Positions 19,212 through 30,017 of a DNA stretch of 64,000 nucleotides are shown in pieces; the first letter of the stretch is position 1; each line of letters begins with the position of its first letter. The stretch spans positions 3,648,001 through 3,712,000 of the forward strand of contig CH464491.1 in NCBI GenBank assembly GCA_000002445.1, given 5' to 3'. The notes below the pieces were generated by a model. It did not search any database and was not told where the DNA came from. It was given only the letters and a program-made list of their open reading frames with translations. The stretch is from Trypanosoma brucei. Taxonomy: Eukaryota. The translations under genes were made by a program, and so were the position numbers.

Positions 19212-19892
19212 GTGTCCGAGACACAGCATAATAACGTACATTGGTGTAGTTTGCGTATGACCATTATGATGGACGGCCCAAAATCTTCTACGCGAGCTAC
19301 TGAAACAATTAATCAAAGCGATGGGCAGCATCGACAGCAGTGGTGCGACCGTCAGCAGACGGGGCGTAATTGCAATAGTGCAGGCAGCGATTCCCAATCA
19401 GCGGATCCACAACAATCGGGATTACATGAGTTAGGGCAATTGACAGCAGTGGCAGTAGAGCGTCGGTGCGTGGAACAGCGGCATTTAGAGCACCTTTACC
19501 AATCCGCTTTTCACAGCAGTCATGTTCCTGCAATATCTGTGTGGAATTACATGCGTCGCATAGGCAAATACTCACGGTGCTCACCAGAATGCTTCATCAT
19601 CTGTATCATATTCATTGATCGGTACGTTGCAGCAACGAATTGTCCAATAACTTTTCGGAACATTCACCGGCTTTTGATAACTTCAATGTTGGTGAGTGTA
19701 AAGTTGCGGGATGACTCATTTTATAGCAATTCTTACTTTGCAGGTATTGGTGGCGTTAGTAATGAGGAACTTAATAGATTAGAGATTGAGTTTCTCATGA
19801 CAATTGATTGGCGCACATGGGTGGAACCAAGTGATTTTAACATGTACTGTGAGCAACTGAGATCTCGTTGCTCGGCGAATCAGGAGCAGTAA
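19212..19892 (+). CDS. PHO80-like (PREG/CYC2-family) cyclin
   Basis: YMRRIGKYSRCSPECFIICIIFIDRYV...ITFRNIHRLLITSMLVSVKLRDDSFYSNSYFAGIGGVSNEELNRLEIEFLMTIDWRTWV has the same layout as the Pho80 cyclin fold (D-R-(Y/F) motif, a hydrophobic helix, then L-E-x-x-FL-x-x-(I/L)-(D/N)-(W/F)-x-L). 226 aa. The start could alternatively be the internal MTIMMD. Confidence 0.7.
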   Translation: MSETQHNNVHWCSLRMTIMMDGPKSSTRATETINQSDGQHRQQWCDRQQTGRNCNSAGSDSQSADPQQSGLHELGQLTAVAVERRCVEQRHLEHLYQSAFHSSHVPAISVWNYMRRIGKYSRCSPECFIICIIFIDRYVAATNCPITFRNIHRLLITSMLVSVKLRDDSFYSNSYFAGIGGVSNEELNRLEIEFLMTIDWRTWVEPSDFNMYCEQLRSRCSANQEQ

Positions 19893-20082
19893 AATGCTGG
19901 AGCGGAGAAGCGTTGAGTAAAACAGGAGAAATGGAAGAAGAAGGGAAAATTGTATGAAAGAAAAGAAAAAAAAAAGAGAATTAATTAAGATAGTATAAAA
20001 AATGAAAAAAAATAAGACAAAGCTATCAAGAGTGCTAACAAATAAAAGGAATGATCGACCCTTGACGTTTCTGAAGGGCATG

Positions 20083-20101
20083 CGTGTGTGTGTGTGTGTG
20101 T
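20083..20101 (+). repeat. (GT)9 microsatellite
   Basis: Seen directly. Confidence 0.95.
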
Positions 20102-20288
20102 TCACATATTTGTTTATATTTATTTTTGCTTGTGTATTTATTTATTTATGAAGATGCAAGTGAAAGAAAATGTGTGTGGTTGCTTGGATGGTTGACCGTT
20201 TTTTTTTGTATTTGTTGCCTTGGTGAAGCAATCAAGGCTGAAAACAAAAACAAATAAATAAAATAAACGAAATTCAAAGAAGAATTGG

Positions 20289-20309
20289 TATATATATATA
20301 TATATATAT
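20289..20309 (+). repeat. (TA)10 microsatellite, followed by an imperfect (TGTATA) stretch
   Basis: Seen directly. Confidence 0.95.
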
Positions 20310-23300
20310 GTATGTGTATATATGTTTGTGTATATATGTTTGTGTGCATGTTGGGAGGAGTATTAAGTGGAGCATTGGTAAATAACTGTTCGAATGTCAT
20401 CAAAGTTTTTTAGTAAATATTTTCTTTCCCCCCCTTTTGGGAGGAAATTGATGAGTGTTTGAATGATAAAAAAAAAACATATATAAATGTAGTTCTTTGT
20501 TTATTTTTAAAATATGACTGTTTCATTTCTCTCCTCTTCTTCTTTTTTTTTGTTTTGGTGCTTTTGGGGTCGCTGCTATTCTCCAACTTTATCTGAATAA
20601 GATATTTACACATTTATTATATTTACACAGAATCGCGGCGAGTCGGCGTGCACATCTGCGCGCTATGAGATATGCACCACCAGAAGAAAGGGGTGACTTT
20701 TTTTTTTTTTTCTTGTTTCACTTTACTATTTCCTTTCTCGTTTCAATAGGTTTTGTTTTTTTTTTTTTTAAAAAGTTGTTCTTTATTACTGTAACTACCG
20801 TCATCACTATGACATCCCTGTTTCATTTTGTTACGTTTCTGAGTTGTTTTCTTTGTTTCCGTTTCTCCTTGTTACCGCCTTCACAATCATAAAATTTTTT
20901 TTTAAATGTTTACTTTTGCTGTTGTAATTGTTTTCCTTTGATAATTATGTTCGTTACAATCTCGTTGCCATGCTGGTAGGATCCTTTTCTTTTTTTGTGC
21001 TATGTTTTTTTTTCTTTTCGTTTTGTTTTTTGTCTGTTTTTTTTTTAAAATTTATTTATTTACTTCAGACACCCGTTTAGAGATATTTGGTGCTGCCGCA
21101 AGTAAAAGGGCGAAAAGGAAAATTCCCGAATGAGTGCCATAAGTATGAAGGGGAACCAAGTTAACAAATATTTTATTAATATAAACAGGCTCGGGTACAT
21201 AATGAGGGAGGAAGAAAATAACAAATGAAAAAAAAAAATATAGAATGGTAATAATTAGTAAGAAATACGAGAAATGAGTGAGTGATTCGACGGGATGTGT
21301 TTTCAGACGAAATGAAGTGTAAGGGAAGAAAACAAAAATGATAGCACAAGAAAAAACTTTTAAAACAAAAGATTTATTAATTCCCGCATATAAATGTGTG
21401 AAAAATCAAAATAAAGAAGTCTTACTAGGGAAGAAGATGTATTGGTAGGGAAAAAAAAACAAAATAAAACAAAAAGAAGTAAAGCGAGGTGAGGTTGTGA
21501 GGTGGCTTTGTATTATTTCCTTTCCCCTTCTTTCGGATTGCTTTAAATGGAGGGAAGAAAAAGATAAACAAATATAAAGTATTAAAAAAAGGAATGACAA
21601 TGCAAATCAAAATAGTAAATAAATAATTTAAAAAAAAACAAAATAAAATCTCCGGCCTTCACTCTGATGTTTCTGTAAAGATTTAAAGGAATGTGAAGGT
21701 TCAGCTGCTTCGTACAGTGGTAGAAGCGGTGCGCGGTGTGGCATTTTGCTGTTGTGTTGTTTAGGTGCATTTCTTTGTTGTTTTTTTTGTCGTTGGTTTT
21801 TTTTTTTAATTTGGCCCGTCATTTCGTTTCAAATTTATTGACGCTCGATTGTCTCTTTGCTGTGAGATGGAATTATCTGACAACAAACGAGCGCACGCAC
21901 ATTCATGGGTGTCATTCCATCTTTTTTTTTTTCCCCCTTCTGTTCTTTTATTCTGTCTATGTCTTTATGGTTTTCCTATTTTTCCTTTTTTTTTAAAAAA
22001 AGGAACTCGTACATGCTGCTGAAATGTTTGGATATTTGCCTTTCTTTCTTTTTCTTTTAGTTGTCGTGATTACTTTATTTTGGGTGATGCGAAATAATAA
22101 AAGAGGTGATGTGAAAGGGAAGGCAGTGTGTTTGTTTCGATTTTGTTGACGTGTTAAGTTGTGAATGCGTGTGCGGATGAGGCACAGCTCAAAAGCAGAT
22201 ACAAATACACACACACACATATATATATATATATGTATTTGTGTATTTGTATTCACGACAAAGTTGAATAATAATCGGTGAAAATAAAATATTTAATAAT
22301 GACGGCAAGAAAAAAGAAAGAGTGGTGTGTGTATTTGTGTTACTCACAGTGGTCGCGTCAATTTGTTTTCACATTCTTGCCGTTCTTCCGATGCTTTCTT
22401 TGCTTCATCTCATTTCCTGTATCTCTTACGATTTTATATGGTTTCACTTCTTTCGTTTCGTTTCGTTTTGTTTTGCTTTCCCTCTTCAGCTTCTTTTTCT
22501 CTTCTTTGTTTTTTGTTTTTTTTTGTATTATATTTTTATTATCGCTATTCACGAACAAACGTACGCTTATGTTTTTTCTTTTTTTTTTTTTAACAAAATT
22601 TTATTGCGTTCGTAGTTTCATATTTGTAGTTATGTTCGCCATGTGGGAGTGAGGTAACTTTCCCCCTTCTTATCAGCTTTCACCTTCCAGCTTTTTTTTG
22701 TTTTTCCCTTTCTTTTTTTTCCATTAAGATTTTTAAATATGATACCGAAGCGTTATGTTTCGTTGGGCATGTTGTGAACCCGAAAGGTTTGTACATGATC
22801 TTGTTTTGCTTTCTATTTTTCATGTATATTATCGCACTGCCCTTTTACTCCTTTTTGCGATATTTTTCTTCCCATACAACGCTCCTTGCGCGCATTAGGC
22901 CTTTCTTCATCACTTTCATTCCTTTTCATGTTTCTTTATATATATATATATATTTATTTATTTATTTTCCCTCCCGCAACCTCGCTTCCTTCCTTTTTTT
23001 TTACTCTTCCATGTTCCTGAACAAAATGCAAAGGAGTGCTACCCGTCTGTTTTCAACACTTTTATGCAGGACGCTGCGGTCGAATCTGCTCACTTATTTT
23101 CTTTTTTTTTTACTTTTTTACATTCACTCGTTATTCCGTATGATGTGTTATTATATTTTATTATAATATTTTTTTTTGTTGTTGTTGTTACCGCTGTTGA
23201 TATCTTTATTATGCTATACCGTATGACTCTATCTGTGTGTTTGCCCCCGTGCCTTCCGGTGCTCCATAATATTTCTGTTTGTTACTCCCCCTCTATCCGA

Positions 23301-23311
23301 ATATTAACTTC

Positions 23312-23338
23312 ATTATTATTATTATTATTATTATTATT
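23312..23338 (+). repeat. (ATT)9 microsatellite immediately 5' of a polyT tract and a CAG acceptor-like site (~23360)
   Basis: Seen directly. Confidence 0.95.
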
Positions 23339-23679
23339 GCTTTTTTTTGTCGTTAAATACAGGAAGAATTGTGAAGTAGGCGGATTTCAATTATTACTAA
23401 TATTAATATTATTATTTTTGCTCATTTCAGAGGTGTGCATATAAATAAGGTGAAAGCACAAAACAGACAAAGAAAAATAAATAAATAAAGAATTAGGGAG
23501 AGAGTGGGTGACTCCGGCATTCAAACCTACACAGACAAAGTAAAAGCAAAAAGAATAAAAAGGAGAGAGAAGGAGGAAAAAAAAACAAATCTAAGCAGAA
23601 ACCAAAAGACTACGAAGAATCCATAGGGGAAGAGAAGAAAAGAGCAAATAAAAGGAAAAGAAAATAAAAGAGAAAGATA

Positions 23680-25122
23680 ATGCAAGGCGCATACGGAGGC
23701 CGCGGTCGTGGGATGGCACGTGGTCGTGGGGGAGGCGGTGGCTTTGATTCCTCAAGAGGCGCAGGCCGACACCCTTATATGACAAGTAATGTTCCAACGG
23801 ACACTTTATGTGTACGCATTACGGAGGTCCGCCAACCCGTCACAGAGGATATGATGTTTCGCGTGTTTGCCAGCATTTCAACTAACCCGCGCCGGATACA
23901 AATTGCTCCCTCTTCCGATCCCAATGAAACAGTTGTCATGGCGCAATTCTCTGATACATACGCAACGCAGCGGGTGATGGAGAACTTAAACAACCGTAAC
24001 ATATTCAATGATGGTAACAAGATGATGATGACTTATTCGGCGTGGGAGCCAACGCCTGTGCTGCCGGCGCCGGTACCGCCAGTTCCCGTCTACGGTGGTG
24101 CAGCACCAGTTTACGGTGGTGTTCAGGTGAACCCAGGCGTGGCTTTTCCACAACCTCAGGTACATCAACCGCAACCCGGAGTGTATGCCCAGCCTCGACA
24201 GCAACCGATGCCACAAATGCCCATGGCAGCTTCGGTACCTCCGATGAGACTCGGAAACGATCAACAGGGCGGACGAAACAACCGCGGGCGTGGGCGGAAT
24301 GGATCTCGAGGTGGTGCAGCGGGTGCGGTGCCCCCTGGCATGATGGGTTTTGATCCAATGATGATGGGATACCCGGCAATGGCTTCCATAATGCAAATGC
24401 CTGGTGGGATGATGGCTTTTATGAACCAGCAGAGGCCGCCACAGAATTCCCCAACCGTTTTTCTCAGCGTAACAATAGTTCCAGAGTCCGAACCACTGCA
24501 TTCTATCTTTGTTCTTATTGAAGTGTACGGCGGGGTCGTAACCATCCGCCGCAACCACAACAGGAAGGAAATTCTTACGGTGAAGATGGCTTCCGTGCCC
24601 GAGGCGGACAGCGTCGTACAATTCTTGAGGAAGGTCCCCTTTGCTGGCGGTACTGTCAGTGCTAAACGGTTCCCCACTTACACTGAGCGTACACCATGCA
24701 CAGATGATGGCAACCCTCATGACAGTGCAACAGTTCAGTACGATTTCACAACGGCTCGCCATCGCAGCCCCGGACAGCGCAGCAGATGCCATCCATCAAG
24801 TGTGTTGAAGGTAACTGGATGCGGCGGCTACTCGGAAGCGGACGTGATGACGTATTTTACAAGTGAGAATTTCTACCCGGACCGCATCATCAAAGACGAC
24901 GAGGGATCCTTCACTGTATACATGGCTGATGTCGAAACGGCCGTCGCACTACTACTGAAGTGCCACAACAATGTTTGCGGGGAGGAACGCTCAAACGTTC
25001 TCTTCATTGAGGGGCCGAGGGATACAACAACCTCCGCCACAGCGGCCAACAATGCTTCTGCTTCCGGCAGTGCAGTGGCAGAGAATGTAAATGAAGGTGC
25101 TGGGGAAAATGGTTCAGCATAA
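23680..25122 (+). CDS. PTB/hnRNP-L-like RNA-binding protein with an N-terminal RGG box and a Gln/Pro/Met-rich low-complexity linker; paralogue of the gene at 30018
   Basis: N-terminal GGRGRGMARGRGGGGG. PTB-style RRM segments: LCVRITEVRQPVTEDMMFRVFASI, and TIVPESEPLHSIFVLIEVYGGVVTIRRNHNRKEILTVKMASVPEADSVVQFL. The latter aligns by eye to NSVPETVALHSLWVLLEVYGNVNSLKRQFSSKTSVIAHFQNVHDARLAVQHL in the downstream gene. A purine-rich 5' leader lies immediately upstream. Confidence 0.8.
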   Translation: MQGAYGGRGRGMARGRGGGGGFDSSRGAGRHPYMTSNVPTDTLCVRITEVRQPVTEDMMFRVFASISTNPRRIQIAPSSDPNETVVMAQFSDTYATQRVMENLNNRNIFNDGNKMMMTYSAWEPTPVLPAPVPPVPVYGGAAPVYGGVQVNPGVAFPQPQVHQPQPGVYAQPRQQPMPQMPMAASVPPMRLGNDQQGGRNNRGRGRNGSRGGAAGAVPPGMMGFDPMMMGYPAMASIMQMPGGMMAFMNQQRPPQNSPTVFLSVTIVPESEPLHSIFVLIEVYGGVVTIRRNHNRKEILTVKMASVPEADSVVQFLRKVPFAGGTVSAKRFPTYTERTPCTDDGNPHDSATVQYDFTTARHRSPGQRSRCHPSSVLKVTGCGGYSEADVMTYFTSENFYPDRIIKDDEGSFTVYMADVETAVALLLKCHNNVCGEERSNVLFIEGPRDTTTSATAANNASASGSAVAENVNEGAGENGSA

Positions 25123-26842
25123 AATACCTGAGCATTGGGTATATGCATGTGAAACGGCGGCAGAGGAAGTTGTGAATGAATGCTAATCTGCAGTATTTAT
25201 CAGAAGATTCTTGCGTTATGAAGTTGCGGGTGTGGGAAAGGATAGGGGGAATATGGGTTAAACAACCGAGTAGAAAAGGAAAGGTACCAATCACATGAAG
25301 TCGGCGGTAGTTGTAGTGGCGGTGGCTGTGGCGCGTGCGTGTGTGTTTGTGTGTATGTCTGTTGGAGAGAAATATGTTTGCGCGCGCCCACACATATGCT
25401 TTAAAAAAAAAAAAAATAATAATGATGATAAAAAGTGCCAAAAGGAAACACTGACATTGAATGAAAAGGTACGAAAAAAGGGGGTGATCCCGGGATTTCG
25501 ATGTTCGTGTGGAGGTCAATGTTGCGTTTAAGTGGAAAAGGGGAAGAGGCGGATGGAGTAAAGACCCTAGCATGTGAACGCGCAGAGAGCGTCCGTAGCA
25601 AATATTCAGCATTCCACTGTTGGTATTGAACGCCCTACCGCTGCACGGTGCGGTTTCTTTACGTCTGTACCTCACGGGAGCTGAGAGGTGGCCGTTTACA
25701 ATATCTATAAAAGAAGATGGAGAAGAAGAAGGATGAAGAAAAGAAATTCAAGTTAATTCCAGGTTCTGGGTGAGCTGCACATTTCTTCTCACCGCTCGGG
25801 AAAATGTGAGACGTGTTGTTGCCACGTTATTGTGGGTAATGCGAGGAAGGAACAAAAAGAAAAATATAACATCAATAATATAAGACAATTTTTTTTTTCC
25901 CCTTTGCACATGTATTTCGTTGTTGTTGTTCTTCTTATCTTTCCATTATATATGCCATTGCTTGGACACCCCTCCATCTCACACGTTGTTCGCCCCACTT
26001 GTAGCTCAGCGCGCGTGTGTGTGAGAGGTGGAAGTACATGCGAGATGCTACTGTTTTCATTTTTGATTTTGTTTGTTGATTGCCCCTTGACCCAGTTTTC
26101 ACTCCTTTTTCTTCCTTCTTTAATTCATTTTTCTTTCTTTACATATATGCGCATACACGTATGCTTTTATTCGTTTGGAGCTTTGCATCTTTATGCCTTC
26201 CTGTGCATTTCTCCGTAACCCCAACGCCTGCCTGATGCTGAAAGACCTTGTCATATTTATTTTAGGACAACGTGGAATCGCTCATATATCATCTCCAACA
26301 GTACCTCTCCAAAAACAAAAATATTTGTTTTCTTTGTCTGTGAGGGATGAAGGAGATGGGTGTAAAGGGTGAAGGAGGATATGAGCGTTCCTCTTTTGCG
26401 TGTGGACCTTTTATCTGTAACTTTTACGGATTCGGCGGCGGGGCATCTGAAAGGCTTATTGGATGGAGTTGTTGCAAGGGCTTCGCGCATTTATTTTTAT
26501 TTTTATTTTTTATTTTTTATTTTTATAGGGAATCAACACAAAACCGACGGTTCATTTACTGTTGTTATTATTATTTTTTTGATTGTTTTCTGACTTGAAC
26601 CCTAGCATGAAGTGGAATTTGATTGCACAGATGGGAGTTTGTGAATTCGCATCGTTGATACCTATATATATATATGTGTGTATTATTGTTATTTCGTTTA
26701 CAGTTTGGCCGCCGTCGTGTCTTCGGTTGAGTCAGTCACAGTTACCACTTCTTGTGTGTTATTGACTGTTTGTCCACTCGTACGTGTATCCTCATTTATC
26801 ATATGGAGTTTGGCGGCTACATTACAAACAAACACGCAAGCG

Positions 26843-26865
26843 TATATATATATATATATATATAT
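26843..26865 (+). repeat. (TA)11 microsatellite
   Basis: Seen directly; a shorter (TA)6 lies at ~26665. Confidence 0.95.
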
Positions 26866-28724
26866 GTGGGTATGCACGCATGGTTTTGGTGTGTGTGCAT
26901 TGCTATTGTTTGTTGTTACGTCCCGAGCAATGTGAAAGGAAGGGCGATATGCCCTTTTCTCCCTTTATTAAGCGTATATATTTCAATGAATACCAACATC
27001 CGCAACGAAATAAATAAATAAAGACGAGAAAATGACACCTGCACATACACACAAACGAAACCAGAATTTATGTACTTTCATATTTAGTAGTTCTCTCTTT
27101 CCTTCATGTCTCCTTGGATACCATTGGAGAGTTTGTAAGGTTTTGTGATAGAGGTGTGTGTATGTGTGGGAGAATGGGGAAAGGAGGGAGTTGGGCAGGA
27201 GGTGTCAACTGTTGACGGGGCTTCTGCACGCTCAGAAAGAATAGAAACTCGCGCATTATTCTCTACGCATTTTACTTTAATGATGTTTAACCTGCTGCTG
27301 CCAACTGCTTGTATAACGCTGAGGAGGAGGAGGAGGAGCTGCCCCTTGCGTGTACATAATTACTTCTTGTTTCACTTTCCCCCCTCTGTTACACATATAT
27401 GCTGCATATTGTTACACATATATGTGTATTTACTGTCAGTCTTGCATTTGCGCTTGAATGTTTGTCACTTATGTGACTTCTGTACGTCTGCTCCTTTCCT
27501 GCGCATGTGTTGGTGTCAAAACACACAAACACAGCTTTGACTTGTCACTTCGTTGCGTTTTCCGTGCCGTTATCAATTATTGGCAGTCACCAACGAGAGG
27601 GATATTCGTCGTGATGCGAAGCTGCGTGAGGAGTAAGATTCCTTACATGATGATGATACAATGAACGGGTTACTATTGCCAACTGCTTGGGTATTCGACA
27701 TCTTGGGATCGCATGATTAAGCCCACCATTTATGGGGCATGTTTTTTTTTTCTTGTTATTCTTAATTAAACGGTTGTCTTCATTATGTTGACATGTATGC
27801 GGGGAGGGTTAGGCGGTTGTTTTGGCACCACGCCAACCATCAGTGTTTTAACCAACCTCTTTTCTATTTTTTTGTTTTCTTCCCCGTTTCTTTGGATCCT
27901 TCTACAAAGTGCGGTTGTAATGGACACACGAAATTATCAGTTCTAGTTCTGTCTTTGCTATTGGTTTTGTTCCTTCCTTACTTTCTCTGTTCTCCTGATT
28001 GCTCATGTTGCCCTCTTTTTTTTTTTTGTTTGAGGTGTTGGAACTGCCTTCTTGGGCTTTGCGTAAACAATTGTTCATTCCTGCGACTCTCCCTCTTTAT
28101 GTAGATGCCGACTGCACCTTTCGTGTCTCCTAAGCGCCACTTTCTTGCATTTGTGAGTTGGAGCAATTGAAGGCTGTGAAGGGCATTACTTGGGGGAACT
28201 GTCCACTTAAATTAAGCAAAGGCCTCGATGGGGTTCCGCACATGTACCGTTGGTTTATTTTAATTTTAATTTTTCTCATTGCTGCTGTTTTCGATCATTT
28301 CCCTCTCCTGTCTTCGCCATATGCGCTGCTGTGTTTCTTGCCTGGTCCTTCCCCCGCGCTAAATGCATATTTCTCATCCATTTCTCTTTCCTTCTTATTT
28401 CTTTGACAACCTTGGGCAAAAAGTTTCTTTACTTGGGATGTATTATTTACTTGTTTTTGTCGTTACTCTCATTACTATTAAGTATGGAAATATGGGACAG
28501 GTGAAGCCGTGAGTGGAATAATTGTCACGCGTGCACATCCTTTCAAAAGAAACCCGGGAAAACAAAAAGTCGCAAAGGGCAGATGATTAAGCGGAAACAA
28601 AAATGTTGTGATTGAAGGAATGGCATTGCCAATCATGGTATTACATATTCTTTTTTTTTCTGTTTGCTCTCTCCCCCTTTTTTTATTTCATACATGCGTA
28701 TGCATATTCAAATGTGTATATGTG

Positions 28725-28743
28725 TTTGTGTGTGTGTGTGTGT
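28725..28743 (+). repeat. (TG)9 microsatellite
   Basis: Seen directly. Confidence 0.95.
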
Positions 28744-29647
28744 ACATTTGCTATTATATTTGAATGTGTTATGAATACTTACAATTGCGCCTCTCGGTGG
28801 GGACCCTTAACTTGAAGATTACCTTTTCCGCGTTTATGCCTTACTTTATTTACCCGCGCACGCGAAACAATAACGCAATCAAATCGCTGTCGCGTTTGTT
28901 TAATGCGTTCTTTTTGTTTGCGTTTTTTTTTCATGTTGGTGAACACAACTGCACCAAACTGATGAATACACCAACACCAACAACTAACGACCAACAACAA
29001 ATACAACAAAAATAAGAAAAATTTAATTGCAACAACAATAAGCGATACCAGCAGCAGCAACACAAAATAATAAGAAATTAAAACGAAAGAAGATTAATAA
29101 TAAACCAAGTTCAAACACAAACACACACAAATATATAAGAAGGAAAAAAAAAATCAAATTAAACAGTCAAGAACGAAATATAGGTGGAGAGCAACAGAAC
29201 AAAAACAAGACCAATACAACAGGATAAGAGAGCCGATCAGCAAGTCGTGCTGTTATTAAGGTGGTGAACAGACCGAAATTAAAACAAAAAAAGGGGGAAA
29301 AAGGAGTGCGAGAGAAGCGGGAAAAGAAAAAAAAAGCAACAACTGAATACCTCCTTATTTTTCGTTGGCTCAAATCCCTTAGGCGCAGCGTTGAAACTCT
29401 TCCATTTTTTTTAGTGGGGAGTGAAGGATTTTATACGGGGAACAGGCGGGGCGAAACAAGGCGAAACACTACTGCTGGAGGAATAGTCAGAAGAAAAAAG
29501 GAAGATAAGAACAAACAAACAAAACAAAACAAATCAACACCAAAGAGGAAATCAAGGAAGGAGAGCAGGGAAGAGGTGTGAAGAGGAGTGGACGCGGCAG
29601 GGCAGTGCTACCAACCGCAGCGGAGTGAACAAATAAAGGCTCTTGGG

Positions 29648-29696
29648 GCTTTTTTTTTGTTCCTTTTGTTTGTCTTTGTTCCTTGTATTACTCTGA
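29648..29696 (+). promoter_or_regulatory. Polypyrimidine tract ~320 nt upstream of the DRBD4-like ATG; candidate SL acceptor signal, followed by a purine-rich leader
   Basis: ctttttttttgttccttttgtttgtctttgttccttgtattactctg, then AG-containing purine-rich sequence up to 30017. Confidence 0.35.
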
Positions 29697-30017
29697 ACGG
29701 GTGTGATCTGTGAAGGAAGTAAATAATAAAAAGAACGGTAAAAGGAATACGAGGTAACGAGGAAAAGAGCGATTTAAAGCGGGGTTCTTGGGAACGGCTG
29801 GCATTCATCGAGGAAGTCTAAAGAAAACAAAAGCAAAAAGAAGACAACAGAAGGAAGCATCACCAGCAGACGGTTTCTTTGTGATCTGATACTTTTGTGC
29901 GGGCCCGGAAGAGAGCGCACAATAACCAGTGAGAAAGTTAGGGAGAGGTTTGCTTTTGAGGGTAGAAGAAAGAACAAAAAGCTCGAAAAGAGTTAAATTA
30001 ATAAAGATTTATACAAA

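Noticed and set aside
23986-24792. 268-aa minus-strand ORF antisense to the PTB-like gene
   Set aside because: It lies wholly inside a + strand gene with clear RRM homology. Its His/Trp/Arg-rich composition is the mirror of the sense Q/P/M-rich codons. No other minus-strand gene exists in the window.
25004-25675. 223-aa minus-strand ORF in the spacer downstream of the PTB-like gene
   Set aside because: Low-complexity (His/Thr/Arg, poly-Ile/Phe) translation of TG/CA- and A-rich repeat DNA. It overlaps the 3' end of the sense gene.
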